From positions 1-64,000 of the IMG/VR virus record IMGVR_UViG_3300048893_000079: a stretch of DNA of 64,000 nucleotides. One strand, given 5' to 3'. The first letter of the stretch is position 1. Each line of letters starts with the position of its first letter. The notes beneath the pieces are model-generated. The model had not been told where the DNA came from. It saw nothing but the letters and a program-made list of their open reading frames with translations, and did not search any database. Shown here one piece after another: positions 53,900 to 62,346 of the stretch. The position numbers and the translations under genes were made by a program. Source of the stretch: a virus (Duplodnaviria > Caudoviricetes).

Positions 53900-53992
53900 A
53901 TGCCTGTCGAAGCTCTTGCATTCTTCGCAGTCGTCAGTCCCCCGGCAATCTGGTTGCTAAAGACTATCGGCCACTGGCTGCGATTCTACTAA
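53900..53992 (+). CDS. 30-aa hydrophobic peptide
   Basis: hand translation MPVEALAFFAVVSPPAIWLLKTIGHWLRFY; AAGGTG RBS. Confidence 0.4.
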   Translation: MPVEALAFFAVVSPPAIWLLKTIGHWLRFY

Positions 53993-54232
53993 TGCCATCT
54001 CTTCATTGATGTACGAGCGGAACGTCAGCGATGGACTGGCGTCGAAAAAGACTGTCACCGGCTTATCGGTGATGTAGGTCGATCCTGGCCGCAGCGATTC
54101 GATGTGCTTACCCTGCGCGTCCGTAAGCTCAATGATTTTGGACGTGTTGTTCAGCAGCGTGTCGTGGCTGTCTATAAGCCGTATCTCACGACGGAATGTC
54201 TTGCGCAGCAACGGGACGATCTCAGCAGTCAT
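53957..54232 (-). CDS. hypothetical protein
   Basis: ATGA overlap; last gene of minus block. Confidence 0.7.
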   Translation of the reverse strand: MTAEIVPLLRKTFRREIRLIDSHDTLLNNTSKIIELTDAQGKHIESLRPGSTYITDKPVTVFFDASPSLTFRSYINEEMALVESQPVADSL

Positions 54233-54435
54233 TCTTCAAGCTCCAGCGGTGGCACTTGTATCCACTGATAGACGACGCCGCGATGCGGTTGATCGCTGCC
54301 GGGGTAGTACCACTTACCGCCGTACCACGACAAGAAGATGCGCTTCGCGTAGCGAAACTGTGGTTGTTCGAGGTCGTTGACGTACGCGACGTAGAGACCC
54401 GGCTCTTGTGGATTGCCTTCGCCTGCGAGAATCAA
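54229..54435 (-). CDS. small hypothetical protein
   Basis: track ORF, TTGA overlap. Confidence 0.65.
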   Translation of the reverse strand: MILAGEGNPQEPGLYVAYVNDLEQPQFRYAKRIFLSWYGGKWYYPGSDQPHRGVVYQWIQVPPLELEE

Positions 54436-54752
54436 AACTGCCTCCGCATGACTTTGCAGAGCGTGAACTGGCCCTTCATGCTGACGCGGCGCTCCATGGA
54501 CGCGTCAATCTGTTCGGGCGTGATGCCGTTCAGCTTGGCCAGCGACGCGAGCACGATGATGACATCCGCGTACTCGTCGGGATCGTTCATCGCCTCGCGA
54601 ATCTCCTCGACCTCTTCGTGCAGCTTGCCGACGAGGATCAACGGGTACAGCCAGTCCGGCGCCCGCAGGGTCTCGTACGGAACGCCGCCGCGTGCCAGAT
54701 AGTCATCGTGCTCCGGCTGGTCTCCGCCGCGATTGTCCGGCAGCGCCTTCAT
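54432..54752 (-). CDS. MazG/HisE-like nucleotide pyrophosphohydrolase (start may be 54839)
   Basis: KLHEEVEE.......EYADV......KGQF. Confidence 0.8.
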   Translation of the reverse strand: MKALPDNRGGDQPEHDDYLARGGVPYETLRAPDWLYPLILVGKLHEEVEEIREAMNDPDEYADVIIVLASLAKLNGITPEQIDASMERRVSMKGQFTLCKVMRRQF

Positions 54753-54828
54753 GATGGTCTTGCCGGTGCGGACTTGATCCTTCGCGAGCACGGGATCGCG
54801 TGCATCGGTTCTTGCGTTGTGTTCGCCG

Positions 54829-55134
54829 TCATCTTGCATAGGTAGTCTCCTGAACGAAGTCGATGCTTTCGATATGTTCGCGACGATGGATCGGGCAATA
54901 GTGGTTGAAGCCGACGGTCGCGGTGCGATAGTAGGGCTCGGTTGGGCGACCGAGAATGGCCATCCCGGTTGCGTACCTAATGTTGACCGGGATGCCCTGC
55001 CAGTCGCGCTCTTTCAGCACGTCGGCAAGATTCGCGTCATCGCGCGCCTCTATGCGAATGCGTGTGCGACATCCGACATGATCGCATTCCAACCGGTATT
55101 CTTTCAGGAACGACATCAGAAGGGTATCCTGCAA
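54829..55134 (-). CDS. hypothetical Zn-finger protein
   Basis: ECDHVGC...HYCPIH. Confidence 0.7.
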   Translation of the reverse strand: MQDTLLMSFLKEYRLECDHVGCRTRIRIEARDDANLADVLKERDWQGIPVNIRYATGMAILGRPTEPYYRTATVGFNHYCPIHRREHIESIDFVQETTYAR

Positions 55135-55994
55135 CTAATGCAATCGCAGTCCGGCGCATGTGCGTCTCCGAAAGCGCCGTCGATCCTGGAACCGTCCGTG
55201 TTCAGGACTTCGGTTTCGTTGCCCTCGAACGTACGCACCTTGTCGTCGATCACCGGATGATCGGGGAACGTCAGCGGGAAGTCCACCACGTTAGCCGGGT
55301 TCGGCGGAGGCGGCGGGATGATAAGCGAGGGCTCGTTGTGGATGATGTGCCGCATGATGTCGTCAGCCGGTTCCTCGTAGCCCACGCTCTTGCGGAACAG
55401 GAGGCAGTGATCGTACTTCAGCTTCTCGACGGTACGGACACCCTGGATCACGGCACGAGCCTGACGTTTGGCGTCGGACAGCGCGTTGTGCGCCACGTGG
55501 TTCTCGTCGTTGTGCTCGTCGCTCGGCCACACGCCAGTGAGATCGTAGGTCGTGCGAGCATCGCGGACCGCATTGTATTTCCACGGTGTCCTCAGATTAG
55601 CGAGACGATATGCGTTGTTCAGGATCGCGATGTCGAACACGTCGCCGTGCGCCCAGACCGTGCAAGTGTCGTCGGCGATGTCATCCGGGATCAGATACAC
55701 GTAGAGCCGCTGAAGCGCCTCGAAGAGATGCACCCGGTTCGCACGCAACGCCTGCTGCGCGGCGGGGTCTTGATCCTGCCACCACTCGATAGTGCTCGCG
55801 TTGACGCGCATGCCGCGATCAATGCAGGACTGCGGATCGACGTTCTGGTAGAACTCCGCGCCGAGCGATCCCTCGTTGAAGACGGGACCGTCGAACTTCG
55901 GCAACGTGAACTCCACGGCGCCGATGGACAGGATCACCGCATCGTTGTCGGTGCTCAGTGTCTCCAAGTCGATCATGAAGTTGCGATGTGTCAT
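55116..55994 (-). CDS. DEDDh 3'-5' exonuclease (DUF5051/RNase AS-like)
   Basis: MIDLETL, SIGAVEF, WAHG..FD, PW.Y..VRD.RT, HNALSDA. Confidence 0.92.
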   Translation of the reverse strand: MTHRNFMIDLETLSTDNDAVILSIGAVEFTLPKFDGPVFNEGSLGAEFYQNVDPQSCIDRGMRVNASTIEWWQDQDPAAQQALRANRVHLFEALQRLYVYLIPDDIADDTCTVWAHGDVFDIAILNNAYRLANLRTPWKYNAVRDARTTYDLTGVWPSDEHNDENHVAHNALSDAKRQARAVIQGVRTVEKLKYDHCLLFRKSVGYEEPADDIMRHIIHNEPSLIIPPPPPNPANVVDFPLTFPDHPVIDDKVRTFEGNETEVLNTDGSRIDGAFGDAHAPDCDCISCRIPF

Positions 55995-56602
55995 AGCTGT
56001 CCCTCCGCTGAGAGTCGTTTGAGCGCGACGTTCACGCCTAGCATTATCTCGTCTTCCGTTGCTTCGCGCGCTTCGGCCGAAGACCATTCGCTGCCGCGCG
56101 GGAAGTAGACGTTTGCACTGCCGTCCTCGTGGACCGTCTTGCGCGTGATGATCGTGATCGAGCCGTCCATGGTTCCGGTCGTGTGTATCTCGTCGGCGCG
56201 CTGGCTGTACGTGTTGCCCGCTGTGTACGCTTCACGTGAGTTCTCGAACAGATAGACCGACTTCGGTTCCGACATCGCGCAGCCGCCGGGGCCGCAGATG
56301 ATGTGCTGCTCCGTGAACGGTTGCCAGCCGAGCGCGACACCGGACGGCGTATCTTCGCGCTTCAGGAAGCGGCTGTTGGTGATCTTGCCAGCGACCACGA
56401 AGGACGAGAAGTCCCACGGATGCGTATGCCAGCCGGAGTCTTCGCAATAGTTCAGCTTCGAGTGCCAGATGTGCAGCCGCGTGTTGGGATCGAGATACGT
56501 GCGCAACATGCCGAGCCCCTGGACTTGCCACTTGTGCTGAAAGGGCGCGGTCAGGATCGGTAGGACGATCTTGTTGCGAATGAGATCGAGTGCGGCGTTC
56601 AT
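55991..56602 (-). CDS. cupin-fold protein
   Basis: LHIW...WHTHPWDF.S.V..G.I.N...IHT. Confidence 0.75.
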   Translation of the reverse strand: MNAALDLIRNKIVLPILTAPFQHKWQVQGLGMLRTYLDPNTRLHIWHSKLNYCEDSGWHTHPWDFSSFVVAGKITNSRFLKREDTPSGVALGWQPFTEQHIICGPGGCAMSEPKSVYLFENSREAYTAGNTYSQRADEIHTTGTMDGSITIITRKTVHEDGSANVYFPRGSEWSSAEAREATEDEIMLGVNVALKRLSAEGQL

Positions 56603-56721
56603 TTTCCACCTTTGCAGTCTTTGAAGGCCAGGATGCAGAAGAGCCAAACGCAGGCCCACCACACGCCGTCCTCAATTCGATGCAGGGTAGCGAGGAGGTC
56701 GATGATTTGTGCGGGCGTCAC
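56599..56721 (-). CDS. small membrane peptide (40 aa)
   Basis: GTGA overlap; C-terminal TM. Confidence 0.5.
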   Translation of the reverse strand: MTPAQIIDLLATLHRIEDGVWWACVWLFCILAFKDCKGGK

Positions 56722-56822
56722 TTGAAGCTCCCGAACAGAAACTTGAAGAGCACGGTGAAGAACAGGAACGTCCACCAGAACTCCGAAAGTTTGAACTCGT
56801 TGAGGAATTGCCAGATCGTCAT
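56718..56822 (-). CDS. small membrane peptide (34 aa)
   Basis: hand translation MTIWQFLNEFKLSEFWWTFLFFTVLFKFLFGSFK; ATGA overlap. Confidence 0.55.
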   Translation of the reverse strand: MTIWQFLNEFKLSEFWWTFLFFTVLFKFLFGSFK

Positions 56823-57070
56823 TTGCGTTTCTCCAATGGCATGACACCGAGCTTGCGAAGCTGGTGCCGTACTTCAGATGCCTTGTTCTTTGCGCCGCGA
56901 TAATCGCTCGGCGTGGTCGGGAATGTGCTGTAGTGCTCTACGCCGTCCGGCAGCGTGAAGATGCACCGCATGTGCTTGCCGCCCATCTCATAGCGGAACT
57001 TGCGTATGCCGTGCTCCGCTAAGACGCGCTCGATGGCGTCGCGATAGGGCTTCTGTCCGCGTGTGGTCAT
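56819..57070 (-). CDS. HicA-like dsRBD-fold protein
   Basis: GGKHMRC...TPSDYRG.KN...RH.LRKLG. Confidence 0.7.
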   Translation of the reverse strand: MTTRGQKPYRDAIERVLAEHGIRKFRYEMGGKHMRCIFTLPDGVEHYSTFPTTPSDYRGAKNKASEVRHQLRKLGVMPLEKRK

Positions 57071-57288
57071 CGCCCGGTCCATGCTCTGGAATCGAAGACT
57101 ACGCGCCACCGGAATGTATCGGTGCGAACATCCTCGTATTTGATGACCTTGCCCGCGTTGACTACATCGGCGCCGCTGCGACGCATGAGACTGCGCACTT
57201 CGCGGGCCTCGTCGAAGTAGTCGCCTCGATCCGTTTGCAGCAGATCGAGGGCAGATACGACTAGCGAGTACGGCGTGCGGATGGTCAC
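57067..57288 (-). CDS. hypothetical protein
   Basis: GTGA overlap start. Confidence 0.55.
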   Translation of the reverse strand: MTIRTPYSLVVSALDLLQTDRGDYFDEAREVRSLMRRSGADVVNAGKVIKYEDVRTDTFRWRVVFDSRAWTGR

Positions 57289-57374
57289 TTCCGGCGTCTC
57301 CAGAAGTAACCGGCGTTGACGATCAGGAAGATCGCAACGATAACGACGAGACCGAGGGCTTGCTCGGAAGTCAT
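57285..57374 (-). CDS. 29-aa single-TM peptide
   Basis: hand translation MTSEQALGLVVIVAIFLIVNAGYFWRRRK. Confidence 0.55.
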   Translation of the reverse strand: MTSEQALGLVVIVAIFLIVNAGYFWRRRK

Positions 57375-57622
57375 TTGCGTGCGATGCCGACGGCCGAACG
57401 GTAGAGGTCTTCCATCGCGTCCTGCTCGTCACGGTCGGCGCTCTCCTGCTTGATAAGCGGGATGACGCGCTTGCGAATGACACGGGTGTCGAAGCCCGAA
57501 CCTTTCGCCTCGTTGTAGACTTCCTTGATGTCGTCCGCGAGCGCCTGCTTCTCTTCTTCGAGACGCACGATGCGGTTGACGAAGCTCTTCAGCGTTGCCG
57601 CTGCAAATCCTGACTTGGCCAT
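57371..57622 (-). CDS. gapR: GapR/DUF2312 nucleoid-associated protein
   Basis: LKSFVNRIVRLEEEK...DIKEVY.EAK..GFD.R. Confidence 0.92.
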   Translation of the reverse strand: MAKSGFAAATLKSFVNRIVRLEEEKQALADDIKEVYNEAKGSGFDTRVIRKRVIPLIKQESADRDEQDAMEDLYRSAVGIARK

Positions 57623-57702
57623 GTGGCACTCCTATGCGGTTTTCCGTATGCCCCGAACTTACACGCTTTTCCGTATATCCAAAGCAACAATCTCAGAACT
57701 GG

Positions 57703-58104
57703 TTAATCGCGGACGCGGCAGCTTGAACGCTCCAGCCCATTGCACGGACCCTCGTGCGGGCCACGCCGCGTGCAGAACTGAGCGTTAGGATCGCCCTTCT
57801 GAAAGAAGCTCGGCGACGCCGCGAGCACAAGCTCGGCCTGCCGCTCGTAATCCGGGAAGTAGCTGTACTTCGCGACGATCAACCAGCACACCCATTCGAC
57901 GAAGATCGTGAGCGAGGGGATGTTGATGCCGGTCTTGCCGACAAGGTAGACGCCGAAGAAGAGCGTGGCGAAGACGAAAATCCAGATCGTGGCGCGATCC
58001 TTCACGACCGCATCACCCTGATAGACGGTGGATGCCGCCATCGGGATGCAGGCCGCAGCGAATAGGAAGGAGCCGATAGCTCCAATGATGTTGAGCAAGA
58101 TCAT
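57703..58104 (-). CDS. PQ-loop/SemiSWEET-like three-TM protein
   Basis: IGAIG..LFA...IP; three TM. Confidence 0.65.
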   Translation of the reverse strand: MILLNIIGAIGSFLFAAACIPMAASTVYQGDAVVKDRATIWIFVFATLFFGVYLVGKTGINIPSLTIFVEWVCWLIVAKYSYFPDYERQAELVLAASPSFFQKGDPNAQFCTRRGPHEGPCNGLERSSCRVRD

Positions 58105-58505
58105 GCGAACCCCTGCTTTGGTGTTGGTGGCTCTTCGTTGCCGGTAGCGTCCTTGCGCGCAGCCTTCACCGCGTCGCTGAGAGTACCGTTGGGCGCGTTG
58201 CGTGCGGCTCGCGATCTTGCGATGTCGCCGCTGTTCGGCTTGGTGCCGAGCTTTAGCGGATCGCTGGCCATGAGAAGCGCGTTGGCCTGTTCGTACCGCG
58301 CCTTCAAGTTGTCGGCGATGCCCTGCCAGAACGCAATCGAGTTGTGCGCATGCAATGCATGACGCTGCGACTCTTTCAGATCGCGCTTGAGATGCTTGAT
58401 CTCATAGTGCTGCACGATCAGCGTGGCAAAACCCACGGCGCCGAGCACGAGATTGACAAGAGTGTCGCGCTGGAAAAGAAACGTCGCGATGTCATGGATG
58501 GTCAT
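58101..58505 (-). CDS. membrane-anchored coiled-coil protein
   Basis: AAGGA RBS; one TM. Confidence 0.7.
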   Translation of the reverse strand: MTIHDIATFLFQRDTLVNLVLGAVGFATLIVQHYEIKHLKRDLKESQRHALHAHNSIAFWQGIADNLKARYEQANALLMASDPLKLGTKPNSGDIARSRAARNAPNGTLSDAVKAARKDATGNEEPPTPKQGFA

Positions 58506-58897
58506 AGCTTCTTCCTTGCTTTCATCACCTTGTCGAGCCCGCGTGCGATGCGAGCGTTGGCACTGTCGCGCCACACGTACGGCTCTTCGTGCTGGTCGTT
58601 GTTCTCGTCCGGCCGAAGCTGACGGATCACACCTTTGCGAGCGGCGATCATGCGATCCTTCTCGGCCTGCGGCAGCGCGTCGAACGTGTCGCCGATCTTC
58701 TGCGAGCCTGGGCCTCCGGCAATGGTGACGCCGTAGTTCTTGCGGACCTCTTCGAGCGCGCCGCCCGGAGCGTAGCGCACGCGCCTTGCGTCGATGGGCT
58801 CCATCGGACGGCCTTCACCACTGGCCTCGTCTTTGCCGTAGTGGAAGTCCGGCAGCGCGAATGTGAGCGCGGCGAAGATGCGACGAAGCCAGTTCAT
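58502..58897 (-). CDS. hypothetical protein
   Basis: ATGA overlap. Confidence 0.7.
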   Translation of the reverse strand: MNWLRRIFAALTFALPDFHYGKDEASGEGRPMEPIDARRVRYAPGGALEEVRKNYGVTIAGGPGSQKIGDTFDALPQAEKDRMIAARKGVIRQLRPDENNDQHEEPYVWRDSANARIARGLDKVMKARKKL

Positions 58898-59079
58898 AGT
58901 TCAATTCCTAGACAGATGGTTCGAACGGAAACGATGTCGGGGTTCTTGCGGCGCACGTCGGCTTCAATCGCCGGGCGTGCAGCTTCGCACTGCGCATGGT
59001 CGGGCGCCGTGACGGACGTGGTGAGACCCAATCCGCTCGCGAGCTTCGCGACAATGAGCATGACCTCGATCAGTGTCAT
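58894..59079 (-). CDS. small hypothetical protein
   Basis: ATGA overlap; C.....C pair. Confidence 0.65.
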   Translation of the reverse strand: MTLIEVMLIVAKLASGLGLTTSVTAPDHAQCEAARPAIEADVRRKNPDIVSVRTICLGIEL

Positions 59080-59600
59080 GTGTCTGACGGCTTGTCGCCG
59101 GTAAAGCCGTCATCGGTGAACGCATAGCGATCCACCTTGCCAGCGATTTGCGCACGCTCTTCAGGCGTGGCAATTCGCGAGCCCTCGACCGCAGCCTGCT
59201 GACGGTATGCGCCACGTTCGCGCGGAAGATCGGTGATGCTGCCGGTGCCGAAATCGTTGCCAAGCCGGTCCTTGCCGAGTGGGCTCAAGTCATCGCTTGT
59301 GCCTTCGTACATGATGTACGCCCGTGGACGTTCGAAGCCTTTGCGCTGCGGAGCGCCGTGGTGCTCCATCGCGGCGACGCCGAGGGCGACGACCTTTCGA
59401 ACGAATTCCAGCGTGGCAGGCTTGGCTTCCGGTCCCCACGTCGTTGAAGCGACGCGCTTCGTCTCCGTCAGATAGAAGTCCATGAAGAGGATGAACTCTT
59501 CTAGCGAGTGGAACGGATTGCCCTGATCGCGCTTGACGCGCATCTCCTGGTAGTCGCGCTCGCTGTTGATCGCGGCGTAAACGTCTGCACGTGATGTCAT
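59076..59600 (-). CDS. all-alpha NTP-pyrophosphatase-like (MazG-related) protein
   Basis: I..ER.YQ...HS.EE...RKV.AL.VA.ME.HG. Confidence 0.6.
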   Translation of the reverse strand: MTSRADVYAAINSERDYQEMRVKRDQGNPFHSLEEFILFMDFYLTETKRVASTTWGPEAKPATLEFVRKVVALGVAAMEHHGAPQRKGFERPRAYIMYEGTSDDLSPLGKDRLGNDFGTGSITDLPRERGAYRQQAAVEGSRIATPEERAQIAGKVDRYAFTDDGFTGDKPSDT

Positions 59601-60157
59601 TGCACTTTCTCCTCATAACGCGCATGCGAATCCCGCACCCGCTTTTCCTCTTCCTTGCGCAGCTTCTTGGTGCGCGGATGATCCGGGTCCATCGTGTCGG
59701 CGATGAACTTGATGCCAAGGGCGCCGTGGAAGTTCGGGAGATCATTCTCACCAATGCCGCGAAGATCGTACGACATAAGCGAGAGGAAATTCCAGGCCGC
59801 ATGCAGCAGATGGTGGCAACCACTCTCGCGGTCATAACGCTCGCCGCAGACGAACTTGAAGACGTGGCGCAGACCGCAGCCGATCATCTTCCCCCACTTC
59901 ATGCCGCGCTCCCAGTTGCGCACGGCGTACTTCTCTGCGCCTTGCGTGAGCACGTTGCCGAGTCCCCAAATCCATTCCGGCGGAATGAGTTCAAGCATGT
60001 TCTTGCCATCGTCCTTGCGGAGCCCGCCGCCATCGGCGACAACCGGCGACTTGATCTCATTCGCGATCTTTTGGATAGCTCGCGAGGCATTGCGCTTCTC
60101 AATCATTTTCGCCCGGTTCCGTACCACATTGCGGATGCGGCGTTGATCGCTATGCAT
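59597..60157 (-). CDS. dATP/dGTP diphosphohydrolase domain protein (DUF5664)
   Basis: G.RKD.GK...LIP......V...GA.KY..RNWERG...RH......D.ESG.HHL.HAAWN. Confidence 0.9.
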   Translation of the reverse strand: MHSDQRRIRNVVRNRAKMIEKRNASRAIQKIANEIKSPVVADGGGLRKDDGKNMLELIPPEWIWGLGNVLTQGAEKYAVRNWERGMKWGKMIGCGLRHVFKFVCGERYDRESGCHHLLHAAWNFLSLMSYDLRGIGENDLPNFHGALGIKFIADTMDPDHPRTKKLRKEEEKRVRDSHARYEEKVQ

Positions 60158-60872
60158 GTCCGTGCTCTCCGCGCTTGTAGGCTTCGAAGCCTGCCGCTGT
60201 GATCCGATAGTGGCTGTCGCCGCGATAGACGGCGTACCCTTTGCCGATCAGGAAGCCAAGCCCCATGACCATGCGAACGCCTGCCGGGTCGAGCCCGGAG
60301 CCGGACACGAATAGCTCGAAGCCTTCCGGGATGCGGCCGAGGAGGGCCAGGGCGTCCATGGTGGCCACGGCCAGTTGATCGCCGGGGACGAAGCCGTCGC
60401 CTGCCGGTGGCCGGGTCGGAGTGGCCGCCTCGCGGGCGATCTCGATAAGGGGTGTGGGGCGCTCTTCCTGCGGCAATTCGGCCGCAAAAGCCTCCCTTTC
60501 CCAGTCCTCCAGCGGCGGGCTCACAGGAGCCCCGCTGACGGGCGCTTTTGCCGGGGGTGCCGCAGTACCGGCGCGGGCCGCCGCGCGAGCCTCCGCTGCG
60601 CGCTGCTTGCGAATTCTGAGGTTTTCGGCCGACCGCACGTCGAGCCCGCCGCCTGCTTCCCGCGTACCGGTTCGGATGCCCTCGGTCGAGCCTTTGCCGC
60701 CCGGACCCTTGACGCTGTTTGCGCCGGGCAGCGCCGGGCCACGATCCCCGGAGGTATCGTTGAACGCCGCGTCAACTTCCTCCGGGCTGGCCTCCCGGAT
60801 CACGGCGTTGGCCGGACCCTTGTGGGGCCTGCGGAGGGCGGCGCCGACGCCTGTGCGTTCTTGCTCGTCCAC
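60150..60872 (-). CDS. Pro/Ala-rich protein with possible C-terminal winged helix
   Basis: open frame; GC-richer; ...L..KGY.......YRIT.AG. Confidence 0.6.
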   Translation of the reverse strand: MDEQERTGVGAALRRPHKGPANAVIREASPEEVDAAFNDTSGDRGPALPGANSVKGPGGKGSTEGIRTGTREAGGGLDVRSAENLRIRKQRAAEARAAARAGTAAPPAKAPVSGAPVSPPLEDWEREAFAAELPQEERPTPLIEIAREAATPTRPPAGDGFVPGDQLAVATMDALALLGRIPEGFELFVSGSGLDPAGVRMVMGLGFLIGKGYAVYRGDSHYRITAAGFEAYKRGEHGHA

Positions 60873-60874
60873 GA

Positions 60875-61369
60875 TCAGATACCCGGTGTGAGGATCGACG
60901 CGGCGATCAGCACGGCGTCTTCCAGATTGTCCACGCGGTAGCCCGCCGTGTGCGTCACGAACACGTGGTCGTGGCAATTGCCCTCGGCCTCCATGATGAC
61001 GATCAGCGGCTTGCGCGGAATTTGAGCGGCGGCGAAACCGATCTCCCAGACGGTGCCGATGCTCACGCGTTCGGCGCCGAGGAAGTTGGCGACCACGAGA
61101 TCGCGATTCGAAACATCGTTGGCGTCGCGCGTCAGGATGCCGAGCGGACGAGATAGCGCGTTACCGATGCGCTCCAAGTCTTCGCCCTTGCACTGAAGCG
61201 ATTGCTGGCCGTCGAGGAATTCCTTCGCGCGCATCGGCGAGAAGCATTCGATGTGAGGCGCCACTTCGGCCATGCGCTTTGCGAAGTCACCGCGCCAACC
61301 GTAACGGGCGTCTTCGTACTTCAAGCCGGTGATTGGACCGGCGAGGTAGATCGACTTAGGACTCGGCAT
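60875..61369 (-). CDS. nucleoside 2-deoxyribosyltransferase-like / nucleotide N-glycosidase
   Basis: IYLAGPITG, RD...V...DLVVAN, SIGT.WEIG.A. Confidence 0.88.
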   Translation of the reverse strand: MPSPKSIYLAGPITGLKYEDARYGWRGDFAKRMAEVAPHIECFSPMRAKEFLDGQQSLQCKGEDLERIGNALSRPLGILTRDANDVSNRDLVVANFLGAERVSIGTVWEIGFAAAQIPRKPLIVIMEAEGNCHDHVFVTHTAGYRVDNLEDAVLIAASILTPGI

Positions 61370-61631
61370 TTAGGGTCTCCACAAGTGGCCACGGATAGAC
61401 ATCGCCGTTCTCTCTGATCTTCTTGTTCTCGTAGGGCACGGCAACCCTGCGATAGAATTCTTTGCTGGCTCCATCAAGCGCACCGATCACATCGTTGATC
61501 GTCTGATAGCTCAAGCCCTGCTCTTCGATGTATCGGATCGCGATCATCGTGAAGTGATAATTTAACTCGCCGGGCGTCTGCGCTTTCGCAGGCGGTTCGG
61601 CTAGGCGTTCATGACGTTTGATGTACGGCAT
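61356..61631 (-). CDS. conserved phage protein (DUF6899-like)
   Basis: MPYI...GELNY...SY..IN...GAL....EFYRR...PYE..KI.ENGDV. Confidence 0.85.
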   Translation of the reverse strand: MPYIKRHERLAEPPAKAQTPGELNYHFTMIAIRYIEEQGLSYQTINDVIGALDGASKEFYRRVAVPYENKKIRENGDVYPWPLVETLNAES

Positions 61632-61918
61632 CAGTGCCACGAGTCCCATTGCAGATTGATGGAGAAGCCGAGGATGGTGATCCGATAGTCGGCCCAAGCG
61701 AAGTACGTTGACCACAGCCAGTCGCCGATGTTCTCCAGCGCGTACGATCCCGTGAGGTAGTGAAGCGACGGAATGTGCCACGCGACGGTGATGGTCTTCG
61801 TGAACTCCCTATCGTTCGGACCGACTTCAAGCCGCGTCGTCCAACCGAGGAACACGCGGACCATGTGATCCAGATCGCCAAGTTCGACGCCGACAGCAGG
61901 CTCGATTGAAAGACGCAT
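61631..61918 (-). CDS. hypothetical protein
   Basis: TAATG overlap. Confidence 0.65.
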   Translation of the reverse strand: MRLSIEPAVGVELGDLDHMVRVFLGWTTRLEVGPNDREFTKTITVAWHIPSLHYLTGSYALENIGDWLWSTYFAWADYRITILGFSINLQWDSWH

Positions 61919-62121
61919 TAGGACACCACTATTTCTTCAAGCGATTTGACGGCACGCTTGAAAGCCGCGAGTGAATTGACCGGAATGAATATGTTGTCTT
62001 GGCCTTGGTGCAGATAGACGCCGCCGTCTGAACTGCGGCTGGCTGAAATCGGAATCGTGTTTTGCCCTTCAATGTGGAATGTGCTCCACGCGATTGCAGG
62101 CTTCGGCGTCTGGGTAGCCAT
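61918..62121 (-). CDS. small hypothetical protein
   Basis: GGAGG RBS before MATQTPK. Confidence 0.7.
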   Translation of the reverse strand: MATQTPKPAIAWSTFHIEGQNTIPISASRSSDGGVYLHQGQDNIFIPVNSLAAFKRAVKSLEEIVVS

Positions 62122-62151
62122 TGCGTTCCTCCGCATTTGCCCCATCGTATA

Positions 62152-62346
62152 TCACGGTGTCGAGGTTATCCCAAGCAAATTGTTGAAGCCCTCGTCCCAG
62201 GCTTTCCGGCGTTCTTCGTCCCGATATGGGTTAAGACTTCCCGGCATCCCGGCTTCGCGGGCGCTCTGCCCGGCGTTAACGATCTTCTCCCGCTCGATGC
62301 GGTCCGGCGGAAGGATGACCTTCTCTGGCTTTATCGTGGCGCCCAT
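62152..62346 (-). CDS. small hypothetical protein
   Basis: NPY......AW.EG motif; start uncertain. Confidence 0.55.
   Translation of the reverse strand: MGATIKPEKVILPPDRIEREKIVNAGQSAREAGMPGSLNPYRDEERRKAWDEGFNNLLGITSTP

Noticed and set aside
56819-57070. Complete HicAB toxin-antitoxin module
   Set aside because: No HicB-like ORF is adjacent on either side.
59597-60157. DUF5664 as proof of a 2-aminoadenine (Z) genome
   Set aside because: No PurZ or DNA polymerase is in the window, and DUF5664 is common in unmodified phages.
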